A program made the translations under genes and the position numbers. Source: Tubulanus polymorphus (taxonomy: Eukaryota; Animalia; Nemertea). From it: a stretch of 64,000 bases of DNA. Position 1 is the stretch's first letter. Each line of letters starts with the position of its first letter. Under the pieces are notes generated by a model. That model was not told where the DNA came from. It worked only from the letters and a program-made list of their open reading frames with translations, and did not search any database. The DNA is taken from assembly GCF_964204645.1 (NCBI RefSeq), contig NC_134032.1, positions 15,240,275 to 15,304,274 on the forward strand, in the 5' to 3' direction. Below are positions 13,025-25,699 of the stretch, one piece after another.

Positions 13025-13514
13025 GGGTCAGGGATATCCCCTAACAGCAGTAAGGCACAGGGATATCCCCTAACAGCAGTAAGGGTCAGGGATATCCCCT
13101 AACACCAGTAAGGGTCAGGGATATCCCCTAACAGCAGTAAGGGACAGGGATATCCCCTAACAGCAGTAAGGGTCAGGGATATCCCCTAACAGCAGTAAGG
13201 GTCAGGGATATCCCCTAACAACAGTAAGGGTCAGGGATATCCCCTAACAGCAGTAAGGGTCAGGGATATCCCCTAACAGCAGTAAGGGTCAGGGATATCC
13301 TCTAACATCAGTAAGGGACAGGGATATCCCCTAACAGCAGTAAGGGTCAGGGATATCCCCTAACAGCAGTAAGGGACAGGGATATCCTCTAACACCAGTA
13401 AGGGTCAGGGATATCCCCTAACACCAGTAAGGGTCAGGGATATCCCCTAACACCAGTAAGGGTCAGGGATATCCCCTAACAGCAGTAAGGGTCAGGGATA
13501 CCTCTAACAGCAGT
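13025..13514. repeat. 29-bp minisatellite with GGGATATCCC palindrome
   Basis: CAGCAGTAAGGGTCAGGGATATCCCCTAA repeated about 17 times. Confidence 0.95.
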
Positions 13515-13912
13515 ACTGCCGCTGCTGCTGCTGCTGCTGCTGGCCTGGACACAATCGGCTGAAAATTGGACGCAATCAATTGTAAGAACTGTCACAAAAT
13601 ACAGACTTCACGCTCGCTATCAGTGTCGTGGCGATGGTCACAGTCGAGTCTGATAGAAATTTGTATCGCTGTTTTTGAACCCCCAAGGGCTCACGTGCTC
13701 CGAGGCAATCGAGGCAATGACCGTCGCAACGTCACTCACTCCTTGAATCGTCTGTGACGCTGGTGCGAAATAATTGTGGTGATAAAATTCATGGATGTCC
13801 AGATTCGGTTTTTTCTAATGATCAATTTCATTTTTCATATACGAGTTCAATCTATTTCGATGTCGACAAGTTGTTTCTTAAAATGTCGACAAGTTGACAA
13901 GACTTTTCGATA

Positions 13913-15682
13913 TAATAAACCATTTTACAGTTGCTAGCCGCCATTTTGTTAGGGTACTTTTGTCCCGTATTGTTGGGTCATTTTTTTCTCTTTTTTAAAA
14001 ACTATCCGTGATGTGTATTGTATCATATTTCATCTGTCCATGGATGGATTTTGACAACTTCAGCAACATTCAAACTGCGTGAATCTCTAGTTTTCAGTTA
14101 TGTTAAAATCATTTCTCAAATTTACAACAATGCGACATGAGAGCGATATAAAAATCGGTGGTCAGTTTTTGCCGTGCGCATAGAAATCCAGGGTACTGAA
14201 CTTTGAAGTTCGTTATTTTCAGAAATAATTTTCTAAAAAATCCAAACATTTCAAGCACTGTGCGCATAAATGCCCCCTTTTAGGTGAACTTTAAAATTTT
14301 AAGATATCTTGCCTAGTTTTTTTCCTATGGCTCTTTAACTGCAGCGCGTGTATTGTCATTCCGAGATTTGGCGCTGTTTTCTTTGCGTGTATTTCAGTAT
14401 ATGGGTGTTATTTCTTCATTTTCACTACACTTGTCTCTACGGAAAATGGTTTTAATTGTTGGTACGAGTATCAGGTTTAAATATCACGTCGTTTATGCAA
14501 TATAATAGATCGGAGACATTAGAGATGTTGGGGTTTAAGGGATTTTTCTGACCAGTTTGAGCAGCGAGACTGAGCGGCATTTTGATCACGCATTCGAAGT
14601 TGCGCGCGGGAAGAGAATATATGGGCCTATATTGAGATGGAAGAAGAAAAAGAAATATAGCACTCAAAATCGAGTATGATGACCATTTAAATCAGTAGTC
14701 TATCAATTAATTTACATAAAAATCTACTGAATTTAGATGGATGGAGAAGTGGTCAAAAAGCTGAACAAATGGGGTGGGGCAAATATTCAGCTACTTTCTA
14801 TAAATACTTTCTATTAAGTACACTCAAGATTGATTAGATTGGGAAGAAAATATAGGAAAACGTTTTCTTGTTTTGGTGGTGAAATATCAAGTATCAAGTT
14901 CGAATGTCAGACGCCGGTGATAAAAAGTAAAAAGTGACATCTACCATCACAAAAACGCAAGAAGTGTGTGGATTGCATTTACAACAAAAGAGTGATATTT
15001 TGGGTTTTCTTGGGTGCATGTACGTAAGCCTCTGCCTGCCATAAAAGCGGTTACCATTACAGCCATTACGAACTAGCGCCGGAGAACGATATACAGTATT
15101 AATGCCGTAATATTTAAACCTGATACTCGTACCAACAATTAAAACCATTTTCCGTAGAGACAAGAGTAGTGAAAATGAAGAAATAACACCCATATACTGA
15201 AATACACGCAAAGAAAAAAAGCGCCAAATCTCGGAATGACAATACACGCGCTGCAGTTAAAGAGCCATAGGAAAAAAACTAGGCAAGATATCTTAAAATT
15301 TCAAAGTTCACCTGAAAGGGGGCGTTTATGAGCACAGTGCTTGAAATGTTTGGATTTTTTAGAAAATTATTTCTGAAAATAACGAACTTCAAAGTTCAGT
15401 ACCCTGGATTTCTATGCGCACGGCAAAAACTGACCACCGATTTTTATATCGCTCTCATGTCGCATTGTTGTAAATTTGAGAAATGATTTTAACATAACTG
15501 AAAACTAGAGATTCACGCGGTTTGAATGTTGCTGAAGTTGTCAAAATCCATCCATGGACAGATGAAATATGATACAATACACATCACGGATAGTTTTTAA
15601 AAAAGAGAAAAAAATGACCCAACAATACGGGACAAAAGTACCCTAACAAAATGGCGGCTAGCAACTGTAAAATGGTTTATTA
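13913..15682. mobile_element. Non-autonomous DNA transposon with ~570-bp terminal inverted repeats
   Basis: 13913-14484 is the reverse complement of 15110-15682 with only about 8 differences. Ends are TAATAAACCATTTTACAG...CTGTAAAATGGTTTATTA (TA or AT target duplication). The ~625-bp core has no intact transposase. Confidence 0.9.
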
Positions 15683-16296
15683 AGTTACATTCTTTCATTT
15701 TTTCAAGATTAGATAGAATCGTGCATTCATCGACTACCGACACCGCAGAATGCCATTCCAATTGCTATTCCCGAAAAAATAAGAATTTATAGCCTTATAG
15801 TAATTGACAATCATTGGGGTTGCTGTGAGACAGCAGCTGATCTGACGGACAGCGACGAGAAACTAGTTACATTGTGTTACACTGTGTGTGTACACCACAC
15901 ATTGTAATAGCTCTCGCCTGCCGCGGCGCTCTGTGTAAAGCGCACTTTGTGATCGTTTGGCCTCAATCGATCGATTATTGTATTCATTCATAACGAATTT
16001 ATGAATAGCTCGAACACAATGCAATATTTGAATCCATGCCAAATTATGCATTTGTCGTTTAGAGAATTTAGACGAAATGATTAAAAACCATTATTTTAAA
16101 TACATTCGCTGATTTCGAAAGCAGTAAAAATACCTCAAATATTTCAGGGAATTTTTTGCTCTTTAAGACGAATATTTCTACGAAATTAAACACCGAGGAT
16201 AAAGATATTTAATGTCAGTTTTTATGCGTTAAAGTCGGCACCTAGCCCCACAGAGATCGGGTTTTCGTATATAAGAAATCGCGAAGTTTGAACGGT

Positions 16297-16487
16297 ATCG
16301 CTTCTCGGCCTATTGGCTAAGATCAAAGTGTAGTATCTGTTCTTATCAGCTTAATATCTGATACGCTCCCCATCGGGGAGCTTCGATATTAAACTGATTT
16401 TTGGCACTAGGTGAAGAGTCAGGGGCTTGCTCCGCCTTCGCCACGAGTTGGCCTGGTATGGCAGTACCTCCAGGATCGGCTCACTCC
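16297..16487 (+). ncRNA. RNU2: U2 spliceosomal snRNA
   Basis: ATCGCTTCTCGGCCTATTGGCTAAGATCAAAGTGTAGTATCTGTTCTT 5' end with branch-point-pairing GTAGTA. Stems IIa/IIb (GCTCCCC/GGGGAGC) and III/IV can all pair; Sm site ATTTTTG. Confidence 0.96.
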
Positions 16488-16759
16488 CAATAGGAAAAAT
16501 GAAAGAAATGGAATAAAAATCGTCCTCTTCATGCTATCATAGCATAGCAGATCGCATAAAGAATTTGTCATCAGCATCAGCATCTGTCTGCCCATACAGT
16601 CTAAACGGCAGTATCTATCCGTTTTGAAATAAGCTTAATGAAGGTTTGTTTGCACGCGTCCCCCTACGCACAACTGAATCTCAGGCTAGATACATTGAAC
16701 CGTTTTGAACTTGCAAAATAAAAACAGCAGACATTGTAAACAAATACCCTCCAGCCCTA

Positions 16760-17075
16760 CCTCGGCTGGGGTTCGAAACTGATGACATCAAAGAGATTCT
16801 GCCACGTCCCATGAGAGATTCTGTCAGGTTCCTCCCTCGGCAGGGATTGGAACCTGATGACATCAAGAGGCTCTGTCAGGTTCCTCCCTCGGCGGGGATT
16901 CGAACCTGATGACATCGTGAGACTCTGCCACGTTCCTCCCTCGGCAGGGATTTGAACCTGATGACATCGTGAGACTCTGCCACGTTCCTCCCTCGGCAGG
17001 GACTGGAACCTGATGACATCGTGAGACTCTGTCAGGTCCTCTCTCGGCAGGGATTCAAACCTGATGACATTGCCG
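16760..17075 (-). repeat. 52-bp tandem repeat carrying Pol III B-box-like motifs
   Basis: Minus-strand unit GATGTCATCAGGTTCGAATCCCTGCCGAGGGAGG..; about 6 copies, some with variant boxes (GGTTCCAATCC, GGTTCAAATCC). Confidence 0.8.
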
Positions 17076-17499
17076 ATCCTTCTCATCAGATTTTCAAACC
17101 ACTTGGAATTTCGAGAGAGATGGATTTTCAGTTATAATCACCGGGTTCTAATTGGCTCGTCTCATGTGCTCGTCAACGACTTGATATCCAGGTTCGGTAA
17201 ACCCCGAGACGGTAATTAAACACCTCAGTGGTATGTTCAGAATTTAATAACTCTCACCGAACACTATTAGAGTGCGCACACCGGGCGCACACGGGAGCTG
17301 CGCACACTGGGCGCACATCGCTAATGTACCACTGAGCTCCCAGTTCCACAGTGCAGGGCCCCGTTTCAAAATTCCACAATTCTAAACCAAGTTCCACAAT
17401 CCTGGACCCAGCACACTACTTTAGGACCCTGTTCCACATGTCTGGATCCAGTTCCACAGTTATAGACTTAAAGTTCCAGTTTTGGACTATGTGCCACCG

Positions 17500-18135
17500 T
17501 TTTGGATTCAGTTCCATAGCTCTGGACTCAGTTTCACTTCGGACCCAGTTCCACAGTTCTGGACTCAGTTCCACAGTTGTGGACTCAGTTCCACAGTTCA
17601 GGACTCAGTTCCACAGTTCTGTACTCAGTTCCACAGTTCAGGACTCAGTTCCACAGTTCAGGACTCAGTTCCACAGTTCTGGACTCAGTTCCACAGTTCT
17701 AGGCTCAGTTCCACAGTTCAGGACTCAGTTCCACAGTTCAGGACTCAGTTCCACAGTTCAGGACTCAGTTACACAGTTCTGGACTCAGTTCCACAGTTCA
17801 GGACTCAGTTCCACTGTTCAGGACTCAGTTCCACAGTTCAGGACTCAGTTCCACAGTTCAGGACTCAGTTACACAGTTCTGGACTCAGTTCCACAGTTCA
17901 GGACTCAGTTCCACTGTTCTGGACTCAGTTCCACTGTTCGGGACTCAGTTACACCGTTCTGGACTCAGTTCCACAGTTCAGGACTCAGTTCCACAGTTCT
18001 GTACTCAGTTCCACAGTTCAGGACTCAGTTCCACTGTTCTGGACCCAGTTCCACAGTTCAGGACTCAGTTCCACAGTTCAGGACTCAGTTCCACTGTTCA
18101 GGACTTAGTTCCACAGTTCTGGACTCAGTTTCGCA
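17500..18135. repeat. 20-bp satellite (GGACTCAGTTCCACAGTTCW)n
   Basis: About 30 copies. Confidence 0.95.
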
Positions 18136-18764
18136 ATGTTCCATGGCGTCATGTTATTATCCAACATTATCCATGTCAAACATTGTTGGACGTTCGTGTG
18201 AAATCCAAGTTCATGCGAAATAATACGAGAATCGTGCAACATTTTAAACACAGTGGGAAAATAAAAACGTGCCTAAAACTAATGGACTGCACTTAATAGA
18301 ACGCGTCACTGTGACAGGGAGCTATACTTTAATCAAATCAGAATTACTGTTATAACACCGGCATGAAGGGGAGTGAGGGGGAGGGGAGGGGTGAGGGGGA
18401 GGGGAGGTGGAGGGGGAGCTGTCTATTGACGTTGACGTGCCTTAAACTGTGAGGGACAGATTAACTCTTGTTACGCAGATTGTTATTTCTCCCCTGACAA
18501 ATATTATCATAGAAATACATATCAGATAGCAGCAGCAGCGGCGGCAGCGGCAGCGGCGGCGGCAGCGGCAGCAGCGGCAGCAGCAGTGATGTGTGAATAA
18601 CGCTGCTACCAGGGATCGTTTGATAAACGTTACACAATACGTCGTCGTATAGCGACGGCGTTCAAAGTTAGAAACCACGGCAGTCAATTATTGTTATCGC
18701 TATACAGGAAGTGGTTGTGAATAGGAAGTTGGTTTATGAATTGTGACAGATTGAGTGGTGTGAT

Positions 18765-19015
18765 GCCTCTCTCCTCCTTGCCCGGTCTCTGTCCCTGTCT
18801 CTGTCCCTGTTCCTGTCTCTCTCCCTGTCCCTGTCCCTCTCTGTCCCTGTCTCTGTCCCTGTCCCTGTTCCTGTCCCTCTCTGTCCCTGTCCCTCTCCCT
18901 GTCCCTGTCCCTCTCTGTCCCTGTCTCTGTCCCTGTCTCAACCTTTCTCTCCCTGTCCCTCCATGCCCCTGTCCCTCTCTCTCTCTCGCACTCCCTGTCC
19001 CTCATCCTCCCTCGC
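18765..19015. repeat. CT-rich simple repeat
   Basis: (CCCTGT/CT)n. Confidence 0.9.
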
Positions 19016-21199
19016 ACACTGCAATGAATATAGCAGCGCCGGTGATAAAATTGAATAAATGCATTTGAAGCTTAAGTTTTTGATGATAGCCGGAAGCTAT
19101 GTACATGTGAGAGAGGGAGAGCTCGCTCGCGAGCGCAGACGGCGAATTGAGACTGAATCAGCAGCAGCCGACACTGAAAGTGCCAAACGATGAAAGCTTT
19201 TTGCAATCATCAAATATGAATTTACATTTAGCGGGAGAACGAATCAGTCTCAAATTGACGTCTGCCCGCGCATACCTATATATGTATATATGTATGTATG
19301 ATAGCCATTTCTTCTTCGATTGTTAAGTGGAAAGCCCCGCGGGAGACACAACTCAACAAAGCGCCATCATAGAATTGTCCTTGAATTGCAGTAGTGGTAA
19401 GTCAGGCATAGAAAAAGGGATCGATTGCTTTACCTTCACTTTATCGATTACATACGGTAAAAATATCGACAAAGTAAAGAAGTTTCTTAACTATTCGCCG
19501 ATTCGACTTGAGGAGAGTTGTAGGCTAAATCCTTTAAATATCAGTACAGAACTGATGTTATATCGGATGTTGAGTCGATTTTCGTTCGGGGTCGAGTGAC
19601 ATTGAATGTCCGCTCGGTGGCGCTAGTGTGACGTCAGTCGCATACGTTTCATACACTTTAGAGACTAGCACCTAGTGTGGCAGCGCCAGTGTAAAGTCAG
19701 ATTTAATTAGGAAACCCTCGCTTACTGTGGCAATTGAGGACCCGCTAGGTGGCACCATTGTTAAGTCAGACTTAAACGTTCAATTAGGAAACCCTCGCTT
19801 ACTGTGGCGAATGAGGACCCGCTAGGTGGCACCATTGTCAAGTCAGATTTAAACGTTCAATTAAGAAAGTTAACCCTCGCTTACTGTGGCAATCGAATAT
19901 CCACACGGTGGCGCTAGTGTGAATTCGGTCGGTGAGGAGAGCCTGTTAGCACTCCCCTTGACATGGACAGAAAAAAACTCTGCGTTTTACATATGAGCAT
20001 ATTTCCTACTTTAGAACAAGCTCCTCATGTGTTATACGGGATGAAACTCATGCTCATTTGGACAGAGATCGGTTTTTGCTTCATTCAGTTCGATGAACAG
20101 CGCGCGACGGAGACAGAGTCCCAGTGATCAAATTCTCCACTCGAAAAGCCGAGAGTGTATCGTCGTGTAATACGTGAACAAGGAGGCAACTGCGGCAGTC
20201 GAATGTTGTTGCAGATATCAATTACGGTTGTCTGAGTTTCTGTCACGATGAAATTAAATCAAGGACGAACGATATGAAATGCGCTGCGATATAATGGAAA
20301 AAGCTACGTTCATTTTGTTCATTTTGAAAAATTCGAATCACGAAAGATACATTCGTAGGTAGGAATGTGGGATATCGGGCACAGCTACTAACTGTGGCAA
20401 TCGAAGATTCCTCGTATGGCAGGTGAGGATCCACCAGGTGTTGCTAGTAGATAGTTGGTTCAATGTCTTCTAAATTTCAATAAAAACTGAATGAACTTTT
20501 CTCTCACTTAATGTAACAACGATAATCTGTTAATCCTGCGTCCTATAGTATTTTCTATAGACACAGGATTAACAGATTATCGTTTTTATCCGATGAGCCG
20601 CCCCCAATAGCAGGCGTGTATTTGAACGAACTCTGTCGAACCGCGAATCAATGTTTACAATATCATCCGCAACATCCAGCCATAAAAACATCCGATTCAG
20701 GTATAATTAACTTCGACAGGAAACCGTAACGCGATTCAATAAACGTTTTAACTATCGGGTTGCTCCGATAATTGGGTGGCGGCTCTAGTAGCATTGAGAA
20801 CCAACGACTTAATGCAATCACGCAGAGTAGCTATCTATACGTATCATGCTGTTTATTGCCATAGAGCGCTGTTCGGTTAATGGCGATATTTATTCTAAAA
20901 AGCGAACAAAAAAAGTTGACGGAATCGTTCCAGTAAAAAATAAGTGTCGACATATCATTATAACTGACGTTGGCGCGTCGATTCTCTAGTTTGTGCTGCC
21001 TTCTGGTGGGGCTAATGGAAAAAAAACCGGATATAAAGTTGAGGGATAATCTGGTGGTGGTAATTCGTGTGTCTGAAACTGACTGAGGATCACAGCAGGC
21101 TATAATAAGAAGGGCTTGCGTCAGTGTTTTGCTGACAAGTAGATTAGGTTTTCTTGCTGGCTTTTCGGTCTTCATAATGCATCGGTTCAGCTTTTTATT

Positions 21200-21915
21200 C
21201 ACCAAGAACCTCAGTGTCTGATATACCACAGTTGGGTTCACTAGGATCGTAGAGTGACGGAAATCACTGTGGAGACAACCACTGCCAGGACTGGGTGAAC
21301 TGAAGGGGTTCATCAAGAACCTTAGTGTCTGATGTACCACAGTTGGGTTCACTAGGATCGTAGAGTGACGGAGATCACTGGTGGAGACAAACACTAGGAC
21401 TGGGTGAACTGAAGGGGTTCATCAAGAACCTCAGTGTCTGATGTACCACAGTTGGGTTCACTAGGACCGTAGAGTGACGGAGATCACTGTAGATACAACC
21501 ACTTCCGGGACTGGGTGAACTGAAGGGGTTCATCAAAAACCTCAGTGTCTGATGTACCACAGTTGGGTTCACTAGGATTGTAGAGTGACGGAGTTCACTG
21601 TGGAGACAAACACTTCCAGGACTGGGTGAACTGAAGGGGTTCATCAAGAACCTTAGTGTCTGATGTACCACAGTTGGGTTCACTAGGATCGTAGATTGAC
21701 GGAGATCAGTGTAGATACAACCACTTCCGGGACTGGGTGAACTAAAGGGGTTCATCAAGAACCTTAGCGTCTGATGTACCACAGTTGGGTTCACTAGGAT
21801 CGTAGATTGACGAAGATCAGTGTAGTTACAACCACTTCCGGGACTGACTGAACTAAAGGGGTTCATCAAGAACCTCAGTGTCTGATGTACCACAGTTGGG
21901 TTCATCAAGAACCTT
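21200..21915. repeat. ~120-bp tandem repeat
   Basis: CATCAAGAACCTCAGTGTCTGATGTACCACAGTTGGGTTCACTAGGATCGTAG.. repeated about 6 times. Confidence 0.92.
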
Positions 21916-22993
21916 AGTGCCTAATGTTGGTTGGCTGGCTACATTGTATTTGTTAGTTTGACCTATAAATTGCACAATAAATCGACTCAGTAGTTGTTAC
22001 GTGTATCTGGGAGTCTCGTTCTCGTTAACAAGAAATTGATAGTCTGCGCGCAACGACGTGTCACGTGTCATTAGAATTCATTGCACCGACAACCATTGCA
22101 CTCGTACTTTTCGTGTTGCTGCATAAATCGCATTCGTCTGCGGCGGTTTTACAAGCGCTCGTTCGACTGGAGACACAACCTCGACCTCGCTCACAGCAGA
22201 GATTATCTCGTTCCATCTCATCCCGAGTATCATGCTCCGTCTGCGTGAATCAGTTGCGGATAATTTTGCGGATAGATCAAGTCATTCTGAGTTATTCGGT
22301 GCCCGCGTTACAGATCGGTGTCGCGGATGATTATTGAACATTCCGACCTCTCGCATCGTCCCTTTCGGCAGGGATTCGAACCTGATGGCATCGAGATTGC
22401 TACACGGCACGAACCGCTGCCGTTGTGCGCAGGTACATGCGCAGCTTTGCCGCACGAAAACTGGCGGCACCAATCAGATTGCTCGTTGTATAATCGCTGA
22501 GGTAAAACCCGGGCGAAGGGAAAACCCGGGCTAAAATAAAACGGTTTATCTGATTGGCTGATAATGACATCATCTGTAAGCTGAGCGTGTAGCTGCGCAC
22601 TCGGTCTAGTGTGGCAGGGTTTCGTACCGTGGCAATCTCGATGACATCAGGTTCGAATCCCTGCCGCGGGAGGATGTCCTCTCACCAGACTCTCTGTACA
22701 CTGCCAGCAGACCAGAAAATTAACTCATTTAGGTGCGAGATCCGACATTTCTGGGGGAGGGGTGGGGCCGGGGGTGGAGAGGGGTTGGTGTTCAACCGAA
22801 ATCCGAATAAGGTCCGTTCTTGAGATATGAATTTGTACAAATTGATAGAATCTCTTGACAAATGTTAACAATACCACAATACCACATGTTTCTTACACTG
22901 TGACTGATTTTTATCATAAATGTCAAACACACCTGTGGGTTGCAACTGTCCAGGACCAGAGTTATAGACTTTAGATTTAACATTTGCCAACAA

Positions 22994-23064
22994 GCATCGG
23001 TGGTTCAGTGGTAGAATTCTCGCCTGCCACGCGGGGGGCCCGGGTTCGATTCCCGGCCGATGCA
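22994..23064 (+). tRNA. tRNA-Gly(GCC), copy 7
   Basis: Identical 71-nt gene, T8 terminator. Confidence 0.97.
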
Positions 23065-23317
23065 GCAATTTTTTTTCGAAATTTATTTTTTTATTCGTTT
23101 AAAGCATTTTGAATCAGGAATCGGGTCTTTTCTGTGAGATTATACATTTGTAACTGGTCTGCACCATCGGAAATGAGGCTTAGCTTGATAAAATGTGTTT
23201 TGAAAACTGTGCAAGGTTAAGTATATATCCCCGTATATATCACCAATGTCATAGACACCTGCACGTTTATTAAGCTTTCAGAAACCCATTTCTAGTCTTG
23301 AACTATTCTGTCAACAA

Positions 23318-23388
23318 GCATCGGTGGTTCAGTGGTAGAATTCTCGCCTGCCACGCGGGGGGCCCGGGTTCGATTCCCGGCCGATGCA
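23318..23388 (+). tRNA. tRNA-Gly(GCC), copy 8
   Basis: Identical 71-nt gene, T7 terminator. Confidence 0.97.
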
Positions 23389-24824
23389 ATTTTTTTCTTC
23401 AATACATTGCCACTGTATCCGGTGTTTGGAGATAGTTTTAAGATAACTCGACGATAATGCCGAACAATGAAGTCCGACAATATTTCCTTGAACTAGTGGT
23501 ACATTTTTTCGACCATATTCGAATAGTCATCGTCTCAATTCAGTAAACATTTTCGGTAAAACTTTTAATTTCGTGGTTATTGTAGAATTCTCTTGATATT
23601 CAGGTTGCAATTTCTAATAATATCTAGACCGACACGATTCTCAAGCAGTGATTATCATCAGCATCACGTTAGGTCGCAGACGACATCTAGTGTTTACGAT
23701 CTGTCCACCATTTTGAGGTCACTATATCCGTTCTCTTCTGACCGGTGAGATTTTGACCTTCGCAGCGCGATATATTGACCACTCGGAAACGTCAAAACGC
23801 AAGTTATTTCGGCGATCAATCACGAGCACTGTGGTGTATCGTGAGCTCGGACGGGTCGTGTGTGTAGTCTGTTAATAAATCTCTCAATAGAAACAAATGA
23901 AGCTTGATAGTCGGTAAAGGGCCATTACCGACACACGGAGATTGCATTTCCTTGTCGTCGTTAATGTTTCTTCCCCCCTCTCTCTCTCTCTCCATCGGCC
24001 ATCAGAATTGATCTTCCCGTTACCACTTACTTGGTCGTGCTCTTCGAAACTTCCAGTAATAAAGATAACGGTCCGTTTTTTGCTTTAATTCGCTGTTGCG
24101 TTGATTGCGCGGTATTTACGCAATCTTCCGTCGTCTGAAGATTGATCGTCGTTCCTCGCTAGACGGAGATCATGAGAGCGAGTTTATCGGCTTTTAGAGG
24201 CTTGTTACAAAGAACTTAGTCAAATTGGTTCCGCCTAACAGTAGGGAAGTGGTTTCGCTATCCCTGCAATACATGATTCCAATTGTGGCAATTGAGGATC
24301 CACCAGGTGTCGCTAGGGTGCGGTAGGACATCAACTACTGCGGCAATAGAGGATTCCACTTGTGGCAAGTGAGGATCCACCAGGTGTCGCTAGTGTGCAG
24401 TAGGACATAAACTACTGCGGCAATAGAGGATCCACTTGTGGCAAGTGAGGATCCACCAGGTGTCGTTGATGTGCTGTAGGACATCAGTTACTGCGGCAAT
24501 AGCTGATTACAAAAGTTCGAGATCAGAATACTTGGAACTGAAAGTTATTGATATTTTTGCTACGCCGTGTTTCCCGTTTTATCGATCGGTGTTTTGCTAC
24601 GCGCTGTATTCGGTAATTCGGTAATGCTAATTTCCGCACGGAAACATCTGCGTCCTCCAATCATTGAATAAAGAAAATTTGTTTTTCACTGCACAATCAC
24701 CGGAACCGGAACACGTTGTAATTCCCACGTGATCGATAACGTACACGTTTTACGAACTCCATTTACAATAAGATTTATTAATTTTAACCAGACAATGTCC
24801 TCGTTCGGAACAGCAGGTTTTCTG

Positions 24825-25075
24825 TAGGGATGGCTCCAAACTGTAGATTATCTGAAGGGTCTATGAAGGGGTGGTTCCAAGTTGTAGATTGTCTGAATGG
24901 ATGGTTCCATTTCGTAGATTATCTGAAGGGATGGCTCCAAGTCGTAGATTATCTGAAGGGATGGCTCCAAGTCTTAGATTATCTGAAGGGGTGGCTCCAA
25001 GTCGTAGATTATCTGAAGGAGTGGCTCCAAGTCGAAGATTATCTGAAGGGTTGGCTCCAGGCTGCAGATTGCTGA
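24825..25075. repeat. 30-bp minisatellite
   Basis: GATGGCTCCAAGTCGTAGATTATCTGAAGG repeated about 8 times. Confidence 0.9.
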
Positions 25076-25699
25076 ACTTTCAATACCGCTGGTTCACGCG
25101 AGTCAGAAAGCTTTCGCAAAAAAAATGAGACACACCATCTCCCTCTCTCCCCTCCTCCCTGTCTCTAGTCAAATGTCTTATCTCGCACGCAACTGTCAAT
25201 CTTCGATTTTCGACACACAGCGACTTGTGCAAATCCGAGATAACAACGTTATTCGCTTTTTCCATAGACGCAGAAAATTCCCAGAAAAGAATCAACGGCG
25301 AGCAGAGAGAGAGGGAGGGGGAGGGAGGGAGGGAGGGAGGGAGGGAAAGAACGGAGTATCGTTTGCTAGCGATACTCGACGGGTCATATTCATATCGAGT
25401 ACGATCAATCACTGTTTAAGCCGACCCCCCCCCCCCCCGCGAAGCACCCGCACAATATCGTCTTGTTTTTTACATCGATATTTCAGGAATAACAGTAATG
25501 TCTGCAGGGGGAACAACAACATGACACAGCAGACCGAAAATACATCTTATATTATTATTGCATCAGTGGAGGCGATGCTGTCGTCTGCTCGCTGTCCAGA
25601 CTGGTCGTAATCTAGTTCTGCTGCTGATTGTTGGCAACTCCGTAAAACCAAGAATTCACGCTACAGTAGTGGTTTTACAAACGTGATTTAGATTTTTCA

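Noticed and set aside
17351-18223. 290-aa repetitive ORF (and similar ORFs at 33878, 41634, 53215)
   Set aside because: The 20-bp satellite unit is not a multiple of 3; the peptide simply cycles through frames.
20831-21908. 40-aa repeat ORFs on the minus strand
   Set aside because: One open frame out of six is unsurprising for a 120-bp unit; it is frameshifted and lacks splice or homology support.
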